NCBI RefSeq assembly: GCF_009914755.1
Contig: NC_060926.1
DNA length: 64,000 nt
Reading direction: 5' to 3' (one strand)
DNA from: the human T2T-CHM13v2.0 reference genome, Homo sapiens
The position numbers and the translations under genes are program-made. Under the pieces are notes generated by a model. The model searched no databases. It worked only from the letters and a program-made list of their open reading frames with translations, and was not told the DNA's origin. This document shows, in pieces, positions 1 to 13,889 of this stretch (position 1 is its first letter; the number at the start of each line of letters is the position of its first letter).

Positions 1-545
1 GGTTAGTTTTGTTGAATATAGAATTCTTAGTTGACAGGGTACTTTCTTTCAGTGCTTTTAAATATGTCATCCCATTGCCTTCTGGTCTGCATGGTTTCTA
101 ATGAGAAGTTGGCTTTTACTCTTATGAGGATCCTTGTACATGATGAGTCGTTTCTGTCTTGCAACTTTCGAGAATCTCTCTTTGTTTTTGTCTTTTGACA
201 GTTTAATTAATATGTCTGTTGGGGATCTCTTGAGTTTATCCTGTGGAGTTCATTGAGCTTCTTAGATGTGTAGATTCATGTCTTTTATCAAACCTATTGA
301 ATTTTCAAGTATTATTTATTCAAATAATCTTTCTATCCCTTTCTCTTCTCCTTATAGAACTCCTGTAATACGTATATTAATATGCTTGATTATGTCCCAC
401 AAGTTTCTCAAGCTCTGCTCATTTTTTTCATTATTTTTTCTTTCACCTCCTGATACTGAATAATCTCAGTTAACCTGTCTTTAAGTTCACTGACTATTCT
501 GCCTGCTTGAATCTGCTATTGAAATCCTCTAGTGATTTTTTTATT
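1..545 (-). mobile_element. Old L1M-type fragment (ORF1 region), antisense; resumes at ~4966-5090 after the younger L1 insertion
   Basis: T-rich antisense L1 ORF1-like sequence (gcctgcttgaatctgctattgaaatcctctagtga), resembling the reverse complement of the L1M ORF1 at 36.8 kb. Confidence 0.65.
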
Positions 546-2231
546 AAAAAAAAAAAATGGAGACACAGAAGCTGGGCAGCCTCCATGGGGCTTCCACACA
601 CTGGGGCTTGCTTCCGGCCCCCAGCAACTCCAAGGGGATGAGTGAATTTAACTGGCAAGGAGCAATCTGCTGTCACCCTGGGCCTCTGGAATCCTGGCAG
701 GAAGAGGCCCCACGACCACCACGGACACTCGAGTTGCAGGGAAAGCTGCTTAGAGAAGTGGTGGGGCAGCAAGCCAGCTGATGTGGAGCCCAGAGGGTTT
801 GGTGCAGGAGCATCTATTGTGGAGCATGGCCAAGGACAGCCATCCCCCTAGGGTCAACTTGCTCCCATAGGAAACTTTAGCCCGAGGAGAACTATCAGAC
901 CTGAACTCTGCAGGGCGATCTTGTCCATCAGGTAGGGCTGCTCTGAACTGAGCACCCCTTGGTCTGATGGTCCCCCAGGACCCCAGCCTGGCCATACCTG
1001 CTTGCCGGGAAGCCTCTGGCGTCCTTGGAGCCAGCATCCTGGCTTTTGCACTGGCAGACTGTGCCTGACTTGCAGAGAGTTCCTGTAGGGCGGTCCCCAC
1101 GGCCATGCACCAGCCTGCCCACTCCCTCCCCACACTTCAGCTTCCCCCTGGGGCTACAGCAGTGCCCCACATCGCTTTGCTAGCATGTGTGTGCATGGGC
1201 TGGCTTTGTTTCCTTGCCCCACCAGTGCACCTATGTCCATGCACCCTGCCCTGCCACTGCTGCAGCAGGAGGGCATGTCTCTCCCGTGTCCCATCAACTG
1301 CCACTGCAGTCACAACCTTGGCAAGCACAGGGCCAGCCAGCACTGTGGCAGGAGTGAAAATAGGCATGGAGAACAGCAGATTCTCCCCCATCACGAGCAA
1401 CCACCCCTGCCTGCAGTGCACAGAGAAAGCACACAGACCTGTATTACATAACAGTAAAGGGTTCAGTTCAACAAGAAGAACTAACTATCCTAAATATATA
1501 TGCACCCAATACAGGAGCACCCAGACTCGGAAAGCAAGTTCTTAGAGACCTTCAAATAGACTTATACTCCCACACAGTAATAGTGGGAGACGTCAACAGC
1601 CCACTGATAGTATTAGACACATCATCGAAGCAGAAAATCAACAAAGATATTCAGGGCCTGAATTCAGCACTGGGTCAAATGGACCTAATAGACATCTACA
1701 GAACTCTCCACCCCAAAATAACAATATACATTCCTCTCATCACTGCATGGCACATACTCTAAAGTTGATTACATAATCGAACATAGAGTATTCCTCAGCA
1801 AATGTAGAAGAACTGAAATCAGAACAGCCACTCTCTCAGACTACAGCACAATCAAATTAGAAATCAAAACTAAGAAATTCTCTCAAAACCATACAGTTAC
1901 ATGGAAATTAAATAACCTGCTCCTGAATGGCTTTTGGGTATATAATAAAAATAAGGCAGAAGTCAAGAAGTTACTTGTAGCTAGTGAGAACAAAGATATG
2001 ACATACCAGAATCCCTGGGACACAGCTAAGGCAGTGTTAAGAGGGAAATTTATAGCACTAAATGCCCACATCAAAAAGTTAGAAAGATCTCAATTTAACA
2101 ACCTAATATCACAACTAAAAGGACTGGAGAACCAAGAGAAAACCAACCCCAAAACTAACAGAAGATAAGAAAAAAAAAAATTAGAGCTGAACTGAAGGAG
2201 ATCAAGACACAAAAAAACACTCAAAAAATGA

Positions 2232-2641
<410 letters not shown>

Positions 2642-3887
2642 TCAGAAACAACAAAGGGGATATTACCACTGACCCCATAGAAATACACATAACTATCAGA
2701 GAATATTACCAAACACCTCTATGCACATAAACTAGAAAATCTAGAAGAAATTAATAAATTCCTGGACACACACACTCTCCCAAGGCAGCCAGGAAGAAAT
2801 TGAAACCTGAACAGACCAATAATGAGCTCCAAAATTGAATCAGTAGTAAACAGCCTACCAAACAAAAAAAGCCCAGGATTAGATGGATTCACAGTTGAAT
2901 TCTACCCAATGTGCAAAGAAGTGCTGGTACCATTACTGCTGAAACTATTTCAAAAAATTGAGGAGGAGGGAATCCTCCATAACTCATTCTGTGAAGCCAG
3001 CATCATCCTGATACGAACACCTGGCAATGACACAACAAAGAAAGAAAACTTCAGGCCAGTATTCTTGATGAACATCAATGCAAAAGTCCTCAACAAAATA
3101 CGGGCAAACTGAATCCAGCAGCACATCAGTCCACCACAATCAAATAGCTATACCCCTGGGATGCAAGGTTGGTTCAGCATATGAAAATCAATAAATGTGA
3201 TTCATCACATAAACAGAAATAAAGACAAAAACCACATTATTATCTCAATAGATGCAGAAAAGGCTTTTGACAAAATTCAACACTGCTTCGGGTTAAAAAC
3301 TCTCAATAAAAGAAGTATTCAAGGAACATACCTCAAAATAATAAAAGCCATCTCTGACAAACCCACAGCCAACATCATACTGAATGGGCAAAAGCTGGAA
3401 GCATTGCCCTTGAGAACTGGCACAAGACAAGGATGCCCTCTCTCACCACTCCTATTCAACATAGTATTGGAAGGCCTAGCCAGAGCAATCAGGCTGGAGA
3501 AAGAAATAAGGGGCATCCAAATAGGAAAAGAGGAAGTCAAATTATCTCTGTTTGCAGACGACATGATTCTATATCTAGAAAACCCCATAGTCTCAGCCTA
3601 AAAGCTCATTAAGCTGATAAACAACTTCAGCAAAGTCTAAGGATACAAAATCAGTGTACAAAAATCACTAGCATTCCTATACACCAACAATAGTCAAGCT
3701 GAGAGCCAAATCAGGAACGCAGTCCTATTCACAATTGCCATAAAAAGAATAAAATACCTAGGATTTTCTTGGTTTCCAGGGAAGTGAAGGATCTCTACAA
3801 GGATAACTACAAAACACTGCTTAAAGAAATCAGAGATGACACAGACTAATGGAAAAACATTCCATGCCCATGGATAGAATCAATATT

Positions 3888-4186
<299 letters not shown>

Positions 4187-5089
4187 GTGACAATCAGTAT
4201 CATTAAAATGGCCATATTGCCCAAAGCAATTTATAGATTCAATGCTATTTCTGTTAAACTACTGATAACATTCTTCACCGAACTAGAAGAAACTATTTAA
4301 AAATTCATATGGAACCAAAAAAAAGCCCAAATAGCCAAGGCAATCCTAAGGAAAAAGAAGTAGCTGGAGGCATTATGCTATCTGACTTCAAACTGTACTC
4401 CAGGGCTACAGTAACCAAAACTGCATGTTGCTGGTATAAAAACAGACACATAGACCAATGGAACAGAATAGAGAGCCCAGAAATAGTGCCACACACCTAC
4501 AACTATCTGATCTTTGACAAAGCTGACAGAAACAAGCAATGGAGAAAGGCTTCCCTATTCAATAAATGGTGCTGGCAGACTGGATTTTTAAAATGTGGTA
4601 TGTACACACCTTGAAATACTGTGCAGCCATAAAAAAGAATGAAATAGAATGAAATTGTGTCCTTTGCAGAAATATGGGTGGAGCTGGAGGCCATTATCCT
4701 TAGCAAACTAACACAGGAACAGAAAACCAAATACTGCGTAAAGTGGGAGCTAAATGATGAGAACACGTGGACACATAGAGGTGAAAAACAGACAGTGGAG
4801 CCTGTTAGAAAATAGAGCACAGGAGGAGGGAGAGGAGCACAAAAAATAACTAATGGGTACTAGGCTTAATACCTGGCTGACAGAATAATCTGTACAACAA
4901 ATTCCAATGATACAAGTTTACCTGTATAACAAACCTGCACATGTACCTCTGAAGTTAAAAAAAAATTATACTTTTCGGCTTCAAAGTTAATTCCTTTTTA
5001 TAATTTTTCTTAATATTCTATATTTGTTGGTACATTGTTTTCTTGGTTTCCTTTACTTCTTTGTCCACAGCTTCCTTTAACTTTTTAAA

Positions 5090-5515
5090 ATATTGATGCA
5101 CTATAGATGTACTTTGTTTCAGGGTACATGTGACAATACGTTAAGCACTTGGGCACTTAGGTCAGTTCCATATTTTGACTGTAGTGAGTAGAGCTGCAAT
5201 GAGAATGAGAGGCAGATGTCTTTTTGATATATTGATTTTCTTTCTTTTGGATGTTTACCCATTAGTGGAATTGCTGAACCATATGGTCATTCTCTTTTTA
5301 GTTTTTGAGGAACCTCCATACTGTTCTTTAAAGTTGCTGTACTAATTTACATTCCCACCAGCAGCGTAAGAGGGTTACCCTTTCTATGGGTCCTCACCAG
5401 CATCTGTTATTGCCTATCTTTTTTATTAAAAAACCATTTTAACTGGAGCGAGATGATGTCTCATCATAGTTTGGATTTACATTTCCCTGATGATTTTGAG
5501 CATTTTTTCATATAC
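5090..5515 (-). mobile_element. L1MA-type 3' fragment, antisense
   Basis: aacctccatactgtt...actaatttacattcccaccagcag antisense ORF2 3' motif. Confidence 0.7.
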
Positions 5516-5623
5516 CTTCCCCTACATGAATTTGTTGCACTTCTTTCCTAAGCCCTTTCTTTGAAAATCCTGCCTGTACCTGTACAGGTCCTACATGATG
5601 TGAATTTATCTTTTTCTTCCTAG

Positions 5624-5717
5624 TGCTGTGTTAAATGAGAATAATGTGCCCCTCCCCAAAGAGTCTCTTGAGACTCTGATGCTTATCACACCTGCCGACA
5701 GTGGTTCTGTTCTAAAG
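5624..5717 (+). CDS. EPB41L5: Band 4.1-like protein 5, internal coding exon (AVLNENNVPLPKESLETLMLITPADSGSVLK)
   Basis: Polypyrimidine tract + tag| acceptor, aag|gtaaga donor; 94 nt, in frame with the next four exons. Confidence 0.92.
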
Positions 5718-5838
5718 GTAAGAATACTTTTACTTCTTAAAATTTTTGCCACAGACAGTTTTGAATTGAATCTTGCAGTATAACCAAGGGCATCTAGTGA
5801 TTACTGAGTGACACTGGGACTTAAGATGTGAGAAGAGC

Positions 5839-6135
5839 AGCCGAGCACAGGGGCTCACACCTATAATTCCAGCACTTTGGGAGGCCGAGGCACGTGGACC
5901 ACTTGAGCTCAGGAGTTCAAGACCAGCCTGGGCAACATGGCAAAACCTGTCTCTACCAATAATACAAAAAATAAGCTGGGCATGGTGGCATGTGCCTATG
6001 GTCCCAGCTTCTCAGGAGGCTGAGACAGAAGGATTGCTTGAGCCTGGGAGGTGGAGATTGCAGTGAACTGAGATCACACTACTGCACTCCAGCCTGAGTA
6101 ATACAGTGAGACTGTCTCAAAAAAAAAAAAAAAAA
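5839..6135 (+). mobile_element. AluJ-like
   Basis: Dimeric Alu, A tail, degenerate TSD aagatgtgagaagagc/aaaatgtgataaaagc. Confidence 0.93.
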
Positions 6136-6385
6136 TGTGATAAAAGCATTGAGCCACAGTTCTCTAGGGAGAATCCTGTTGCCACACTACTCACAAGAGG
6201 ATCTTAGGGTTTCTTCTCCAGTTTGTATGTACTTTGTTTATATTTTGGGGGTGGTTTTGAATGTTGGCTATGCTTCCACTCATTTCCTTTTAAGATACAG
6301 TGTTGCATGCAAATAGGGACTAAGTGCTTCTTAGATGAAAGAATTAAGGGATCTTTTTGAATTAGTAGTTTCATTTACTCTAGGG

Positions 6386-6724
6386 CATGGGTCCCCAATT
6401 CCTGTGCTTCGGACCGGTACTGGTCCATGGCCTGTTAGGAACTGGGCCACACAGCAGGAGGTGAGCTGCAGACAACCATTGTCGCCTGAGTTCCACCTCC
6501 TCTCAGATCAGCTGTGGTGTTAGATTCTCATAGGAGTGCAAACCCTACTGTGAACTGTGCACACGAGGGATCTAGGTTGCTCACTCCTTATAAGGATCTA
6601 ATGCCTGATGATTTGAGGTGGAACAGTTTCATCTCAAAACCATACCCCACCCCCGAACCTGGTCCTTGGAAAAATTGTCTTCCACAAAACTGGTCCTTGG
6701 TGCCAAAAAGGTTGGGGACTGCTG
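6386..6724 (+). mobile_element. MER1B-like hAT-Charlie DNA transposon
   Basis: Terminal inverted repeats (catgggtcccc...ggggactgctg) and perfect 8-bp TSD CTCTAGGG at 6378-6385 and 6725-6732. Confidence 0.88.
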
Positions 6725-7716
6725 CTCTAGGGAATGTAAGCTGTGTGAGAGACACCTGTTTTGTTCATTGCTGTATCCCTCAGGCTGGTCTCAAACTCCT
6801 GCCTTCAAGCAATTCTACTACCTTGGCCTCGCAAAGTGCTGGGATTATAGGCAGCCTAAGTGTCTCCAATAGTACCTGGTACATAATAGGCATGAAATAT
6901 TTGTTGATTGACACAAACTTTTTGAAATAACAGGGACCTATCACTATCACTAATTGCATTGCAGCATAACCAGCTCATCCCAACTTCTGCCTTTTCTGTA
7001 TCCACTCGCTAAACCCTTAACAATTCAGAAATCATAGAAACCCAGTTTATTGCCAATGAATGTTTTAATTTGCAAGTTAAATTAAAAATTGCCCTTGCAT
7101 GAACACTTACCATTTGTCTTTTTTATTGCATAATGTACATCTGTTGTAATTTGCCAAATACCTCACAAAAAGGAAAAATTAAAGATCACTTGTATTCTCA
7201 CTACTCAATGAAAGTGTATAGTTGGTATTTAGGTATATAAGTATCTTTCAGATTTTTAGGGTTAAAGAAAAAACCCAACCTAAAATATCTTCAATCAGGC
7301 ATTTCTTTTCTGCTGATGAAAATCTGAAAAGATACATTGACTAATCATTGGAAATCATTAAGCAGAACCTGAGATGTTTTTGAAGCAGAGAAGGACATTT
7401 AGTTCAAAGATTTATTGCATATATAGTATGTACCAGACAACTTGTTAAGCATTAAAGATTCAAAAATGAATGAATGAAACATGGTCTCAGCTTAACTGCA
7501 TATAGTCTAGTGGGAGAGAGAATCGTAATACATTGTGGTAGACTTGCACAAGCTGTTATGGTGCACTTAGTCCAGGCAGCAGGGTGGGAAGATGCGAGAG
7601 GAGAGAACAGTTTTTCATGTTTTTGTGATTTAAATTAAGTTGCACGTTGAAATATGAATAGGAGATTCTCCAAGACCTGAAGGCATATAAGCAGAAATGG
7701 AAATGTGTAAATGGGT

Positions 7717-8030
7717 GGCTAAGTGTGGTGGCTCATGCCTATAAGCCAGCACTTTGGGCCAAGGCGGTAAGATGGTTTGAGGCCAGGAGTTTGAGATGAG
7801 ACTGGGCAACATAGGGAGACCCCGTCTCTACAAAAAATTTTTTAAAAATTAGCCAGGCATAGTTTGGCATGCCTGTAGTCCTATCTTCTTGGGCAGCTGA
7901 TGTGGGAGGATAGTGTAAGCCCAGGAAATTCAGGCTGCAGTGAGCTATGATTGTACCATTACACTCCAGCCTGGGTGACAGAGCAAGACCGTGTCCCTCT
8001 GCCCCCCCCCCCCCCAAAAAAAAGAAAGAA
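7717..8030 (+). mobile_element. AluJ-like
   Basis: Dimeric Alu, tail containing a C run. Confidence 0.92.
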
Positions 8031-8405
8031 ATGTATGAATGAAGGGCTCTTTTTTGTTGTGTGCTATGCCCTAGGTTCCTATTGTTTATTGCCAGATTGG
8101 CATTTTATCTTTTGTTGTTTTAAAATTCTCCCAGACCCCCTCCCTCACAGTAGAGAATTGTGTCCTTTATAAGGTACTTCAAATACTGGTTAAACAAAAA
8201 GTATTAACATTTATAGGGAGAGAGTTCATATTGTATTATTTTACAAACAGAAGCACCCATAAGTCTAGATAAAGGAGCATTTGGAATTTAGGCACCTCCT
8301 TTATCCAGTATCTCCTGTGCTGAACCTGTTACTGGTTTTTTTTTTTTTTTTTAAGTTCAAAGTATGATATTACCATACAGAGTAGTACCATTCTCATCTA
8401 GTCTA

Positions 8406-8961
<556 letters not shown>

Positions 8962-8982
8962 TGTATTTACTTTTTTAAAATT

Positions 8983-9271
<289 letters not shown>

Positions 9272-9591
9272 TAATTTTTTTGTAATTAAAAAGAAAAAGT
9301 TAAGAGCCAGAATAGTCATAACCCTACCCAAGTTTTGTCTTACCAAAGGAGAATAGCTATTTGAAAATTTACATAGCACTTCAGCTTTTTCACATCCTGA
9401 TTGTAGTATAGGTTTCCCTCCATGCAGAAGTGGAATCATTAACAACCATGATTTATGAGTGTCCCTGTGTATTTAAAGGATTAACACTAATCAGGCCTGT
9501 GTCAGAATTATAAATTGAGAGGATATGGAAAAAACTTAACATCTGATGATAAAGGGGTCATTTAACAATTCTAGATTCCTGTCTTCCATAG

Positions 9592-9666
9592 GAAGCTACA
9601 GATGAATTGGATGCCTTGCTTGCATCTCTAACTGAGAATCTAATTGATCACACAGTTGCACCTCAG
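9592..9666 (+). CDS. EPB41L5: EPB41L5 coding exon (EATDELDALLASLTENLIDHTVAPQ), contains an LD-type motif
   Basis: ccatag| acceptor, cag|gtaaat donor, 75 nt phase 0-0. Confidence 0.93.
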
Positions 9667-10053
9667 GTAAATATGCTTTAAAATAGTATGATGGAAAGAA
9701 ATTTCTGTTTTGAAAAATGTTCCTGCTAGATTCCAGTTTTTTCCTTTTTAATAATTCAGTTAAACTTTTCATTTGATAAGAGTTTATGTTTTAATAACCA
9801 CTTAGCATTGCCTCTCTGTCCTAAAATTTTACCACTTTGAATTTGTGTATCACTGTCTACAAATCACATGTCTCTATAAGCCTTTTATAATTCAACATCA
9901 TATTAAATGAGAGAAAACATGGGGATAAAGCAGTTTCTTGAGACAATAAGGATATATTTAATTTTTTAAAAAGTTTTATAGAAAGATGAGAGCGTAAGAA
10001 TGGCATTGAACATATCAATCATTATTACAGTCTGGAAGATACTGTATTAAGTA

Positions 10054-10393
10054 TAGTTGTCCCTCAGTATCTGTGGGGGATTGGTTCCAGGACTCCCCTT
10101 GGATACCAAAATCCATGCATGCTTAAATCTCATATAAAATGGTGTAGTGTTTGCATATAACCTACACATATCCTCTAGTATATTTTAAATAATCTAGCTT
10201 ACCTCTAATATCTAATGCAGTGTAAATGCTGGTAAACAGTTGTTATATTGTATTGTTTAGGAAATAATGACAAGAATAAAAGCCTGCACATGTTCAGTAC
10301 AGACACAACCATCCTTTTTTTCCCTCCAAATATTTTCGATTTACAGTTGTTGAATCCACAGATGCACAACTCATGGATATGGAGGGCCAACTG
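10054..10393. mobile_element. MER2-like TcMar-Tigger DNA transposon
   Basis: Terminal inverted repeats tagttgtccctcagtatc ... gatatggagggccaactg. Confidence 0.85.
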
Positions 10394-10437
10394 AAACAGT
10401 TCCTTCCCTCCAGGGATGAGAGAGATAGAAATGACTA

Positions 10438-10773
<336 letters not shown>

Positions 10774-10861
10774 TTATGAGTGATATGACGAGAATTGCTG
10801 TAGGGGCTAGATGCCATCCTGAAGGCTTGGAAATACACATGATACTGAATGTTTGCATAGA

Positions 10862-11050
10862 TCATTAATTCTCAAATTTTTGTGTATATCAGAATCCCTT
10901 GGAGGGGACGTTAACACACAAGATTGCTGGGCCCCACCTCCAAGTTTCTAATTTTGGTATATCTTGGGTGGGGTCTGAAAAGTTGTGTTTCTAACATGTT
11001 CCCAGGTGGTGCAGATGTGGTCTGGGAACCACCCGTTGGGAATGACCAGC
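10862..11050. mobile_element. MER5-like hAT element
   Basis: ttctcaaa...gattgctgggccccacc...ggaaccacc motif pattern. Confidence 0.7.
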
Positions 11051-11218
11051 TTAGATTAATAAACAAAGACTTTACCAAGGATAAGAATTAACTGCAAGTG
11101 TGGAAAAGTCTGTCAAACTATTTTTTGTTTACTATTATTTATGATATTTTTTCTCTCTTATTTCCTACTGTTAACATGCATCTAAAAAGTATTGGTAGGA
11201 AAGTCAGATTTTGTGGGG

Positions 11219-11493
11219 TTTTTTTTTTTTGAGATGGAGTCTTGCTTTTTTGCCAGGAGTAGCGTGATCTCAGCTCACTGCAACCTCCGCCTCCAAGCGA
11301 TTCTCCTGCCTTGGCCTCCCGAGTAGCTGGAAGTACAGGCGCATGCCACCATGCCCAGCTAATTTTTGTATTTTTAGTAGAGGCAGGGTTTCACCATGTT
11401 GGCCAGGATGGTCTTGATCTCTTGACCTCATGATCTGCCCGCCTCGCCCTCTCAAAATGCTGGGGTTACAGGCGTGCGCCACTGCGCCCAGCC
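11219..11493 (-). mobile_element. AluS-like
   Basis: Antisense Alu with poly-T. Confidence 0.93.
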
Positions 11494-12223
11494 TGTGTTT
11501 TTATTCTTTTGGTGGTTATCTAATTTACTAATACCTGGACTTACATTAGTTTTTTCTTATGAGTATGTAAGGCCACCAATGCAAGGACTAGTCTAAATTA
11601 CTAGTAAAATGGGTGGGTTTCCTTAGTTTATAATTCTACACATAGATGACCTATAATAGAAAGTTAAACATATAAAAATAATGTATCAAAGGCCCTGTGA
11701 ACCAGGAGCAATATGGGTGTTTTTATTGCGCTTTCTTCATGCATACATGATAATTAGAGAATGATCTGTATCTAAACAGATTATTTTTCTGTGTACTTTC
11801 TTGTTGCTCTTTATTTGGATTAGTCACAATCCATTGTTCAGGCTGCTACCAAGAAGGCTATCATTATTTGTAATTAATTAACTGAAATTTCAGAAAATAA
11901 AATGTTAAACTGAATACTGGGTGTGAGGTAGGGGCAGTCCTATTAAGTGAACTGAAAGTAGTAATAGATTCTTGAATGGTAAATTTTTAGATAAGAGATT
12001 CTCAAAATTATGACACTTTCTTAAGTGGTGAGGGATAGCATCTGTGTTGTATAACAGAAAAGGGTCTTGGATTTAGAAGTCCATGTCAGCTCAAGGAACA
12101 CCATTAAGAATTAAGAATTGCCCTCCTAGAATGGATTTCATAATAGATGTAAGTAAGTATTATAAGTATGAAAATAAGTCAGTCTTTCCAAAAAGTAAAT
12201 ACATACATATAAAATTATTTCAG

Positions 12224-12265
12224 GTGTCTTCCACATCCATGATCACACCCCGGTGGATTGTTCCG
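12224..12265 (+). CDS. EPB41L5: EPB41L5 42-nt coding exon (VSSTSMITPRWIVP)
   Basis: tttcag| acceptor, ccg|gtaagt consensus donor, phase 0-0. Confidence 0.9.
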
Positions 12266-12634
12266 GTAAGTTCATGTTATTTGTGATTTTTCTTCTGGCT
12301 ACCCTTTCAGGGTAAGGCCTAAAGGATTACTAGGTTCTTTGTTTTTCCTTAAAAACATGAGGGTTGTTATCAAAGCCTTGTTAACTGAACTTAACTTAAT
12401 GGCTTCAAGCTAGTGGCTTACCCTTTCTGGTTGTAAATGTTTGTCAGGATGCTGGCAGAAACAAAAGTAAAAGTCTCAGATGAAGAATAGTTAAGAAAAA
12501 CAAAACAAACAGTCATAATTATCAAAACCATCTTCGTTAATCTCATAGTCATTAGTGAAGCTTGATTTGGAGCTGAAGTGCTGACCAGGCAGGTATTGTT
12601 ACCCTGTATTTAGTTGTGTGTGTATCTCCCACAG

Positions 12635-12765
12635 CAGAGTGGTGCCATGTCTAATGGACTTGCGGGATGTGAAATGCTTTTGACAGGGAAGGAGGGACAT
12701 GGTAATAAAGATGGAATCTCACTGATCTCTCCCCCAGCGCCATTCTTGGTAGATGCTGTGACCAG
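12635..12765 (+). CDS. EPB41L5: EPB41L5 penultimate exon (QSGAMSNGLAGCEMLL...APFLVDAVT), NAGNAG acceptor
   Basis: cag|cag acceptor, ccag|gtgaga donor; 131 nt phase 0-2, joins last exon in frame. Confidence 0.92.
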
Positions 12766-13889
12766 GTGAGAAAATTATTTCTCATTTGCAGTTCTTAGGC
12801 ATCTGTTAGGAAGAAAAAAATAATAAAACTTATTATCTCTAAAGCAGCAATGTCAATTCTTCCCTAACTGAACTATATTGAAATGGGGCAAATCTTTTTT
12901 CTGTTTGTTATTTAGTGTAGTGGCTTTTTCTTGTCAGTAGCAATTTTCTACAAAACTGTATTAGCGTTTCTTTATCAAGTCTTTGCTAAAGATGTTAACA
13001 GGCTTATCTTTGTAATAGTTGTTTTAAAGTCAATTTGTATTGTTTCCTTTTACGCTTTACTATTTATTATGATTATGCCTACTGTAATAGTGATGAATGA
13101 TGGTGCCCGTCAACACAGGTGAAGAGGTGCAGTATAAGTGGGTAAGTTAGGATACTCCTAGGGTGAGAGCCCTGAGATGCCTTTACCAATACATGTTGTG
13201 AGCTCATTTCAAGGCGTTGCTTGCTACAGACAGAAACTAGACTCAAAAACTAGAGCTTTTTGTTCAGCATCTGGTTCTTCAACTTTTGATTTGCTAGAAC
13301 CATAACTGCACCTGTTTTACAAAAGATTTAGAATTGCCTTCACTCCTACCTCAGACCTTTTTTCTGAATATATCCCACATTTCACATATCCTCCTTGAAA
13401 ATGTGGGTCGGTTGAAATACATGCTTTCCTAATTAGAGAAAGGTAGGATGAATTATTAGAGATCATTAACTTGAAAGAAATTCAGTTTAATTTCAAAATT
13501 GTCTCCACAGTGTTCAAAGTAGCATATTACTCAGCAAACAAACACTTATTGAATGTCTGTGATGTACCAGGCATTGACTGATATCTGACACTAAAGATAA
13601 CAGTGAACAAGACAGATGAGAGACCTACATTTGGGAAGCTTACATCTAGTAAAAGAGTGCTTTATACAAATGTAATGGATTATTTTTCTAAGCATTTGTA
13701 TGCCTAATAATGATCACTGTAAAAATAGAGCTGCACACAGAGAACCCGACGGTAATGCTTTGTAATTGAATTTACACAATAAAATGTGAGCTCTTAAGGA
13801 CTTTCACATTAAAAATTACAGATGAAAGCAGAGCTTATCTCTTTCTTCCTAGAACTCATGGAAAGGAGTAATAAAGGGCTTAAAGACAT

